A DNA stretch of 64,000 nucleotides from Aurantibacter aestuarii. GTDB taxonomy: Bacteria; Bacteroidota; Bacteroidia; Flavobacteriales; Flavobacteriaceae. Made by a program: the position numbers and the translations under genes. The stretch is taken from contig NZ_PXOQ01000007.1 in the NCBI RefSeq assembly GCF_003008425.1, forward strand, positions 456,419 to 520,418, in the 5' to 3' direction. The notes below the pieces were generated by a model that saw only the letters and a list, made by a program, of their open reading frames with translations, had not been told where the DNA came from and made no database searches. How positions within the stretch are numbered: position 1 is the first letter of the stretch; every line of letters begins with the position of its first letter. This document shows, piece by piece, positions 63,681 to 64,000 of the stretch.

Positions 63681-64000
63681 ATGAAAAAATTAACCCTTTG
63701 TGCAATTACACTTGCTACAATTATGTCGTGTAAAACAGATAAAAAACAAGAACAGGAAGAATCCCAAATGGCTATTACTTATCCCGAAACTAAACGTGTT
63801 GACTCTACAAGAACTTATTTTGGTGTAGAGGTTAAAGACGATTTTGGTTGGCTGGAAGACGATAGAAGCCCGGATACCGAAGCTTGGGTAAAAGCACAAA
63901 ATAAAGTAACCTATAATTATTTAGACCAGATTCCTTATAGAGCAGCACTTAAAGATCGCTTGGAGAAGCTATGGAATTATGAAAAAGTAGGAGCACCATT
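63681..64000 (+). CDS. Prolyl oligopeptidase (S9A) family lipoprotein, 3'-partial (runs off the window)
   Basis: Lipoprotein signal MKKLTLCAITLATIMSC, then ITYPETKRVDSTRTYFGVEVKDDFGWLEDDRSPDTEAWVKAQNKVT, typical of the POP N-terminus. Frame open to the window end; not in the ORF table. Confidence 0.6.
   Translation, partial: MKKLTLCAITLATIMSCKTDKKQEQEESQMAITYPETKRVDSTRTYFGVEVKDDFGWLEDDRSPDTEAWVKAQNKVTYNYLDQIPYRAALKDRLEKLWNYEKVGAP

Overview
Low-GC chromosomal segment that looks Bacteroidetes/Flavobacteriia-like: lipoproteins with Cys after short signal peptides, T9SS C-terminal sorting domains, TAnnTTTG-type -7 boxes and little Shine-Dalgarno signal. Most of it is conserved housekeeping: RNase R (5'-partial), GlnRS, LepA, a glgA-glgC-glgB glycogen cluster with a GH31 alpha-glucosidase, a type-2 IleRS followed by a dksA/traR-like gene and lspA, UvrC, Pgi, Asd, and an hmgA/hppD/TDO aromatic catabolism block. 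It also carries a TonB-dependent receptor/PepSY pair, an S8 peptidase and an MMPL transporter. The one accessory-looking stretch is ~29.4-37.8 kb, built around a minus-strand tRNA cluster: an intact tRNA-Tyr and tRNA-Pro followed by two tRNA 3'-half-like fragments. This stretch holds an RtcB RNA ligase with a Cys-rich N-terminal extension, a soluble SPFH protein with a triple N-terminal repeat, and a PrfH (release factor H) homologue translationally coupled to a lysine-tailed TPR protein. It also holds an orphan hypothetical gene, and a HTH-WYL-WCX regulator fused to a PhyH-type Fe(II)/2OG dioxygenase domain. Three near-identical palindromic 18-19-mers (GCAAT-RTTTTT-GCGTA) lie in front of rtcB, in front of the tRNA cluster and in the divergent hypothetical/WYL intergenic region, which suggests one regulon. 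I read this stretch as a candidate RNA-damage / ribosome-rescue (or defence-linked) island under WYL control. Two small repeat families (a ~70-nt element at 3 loci and a MITE-like ~75-130-bp element at 3 loci) and several intrinsic terminators are also visible. No CRISPR array, rRNA or obvious transposase/integrase was seen.
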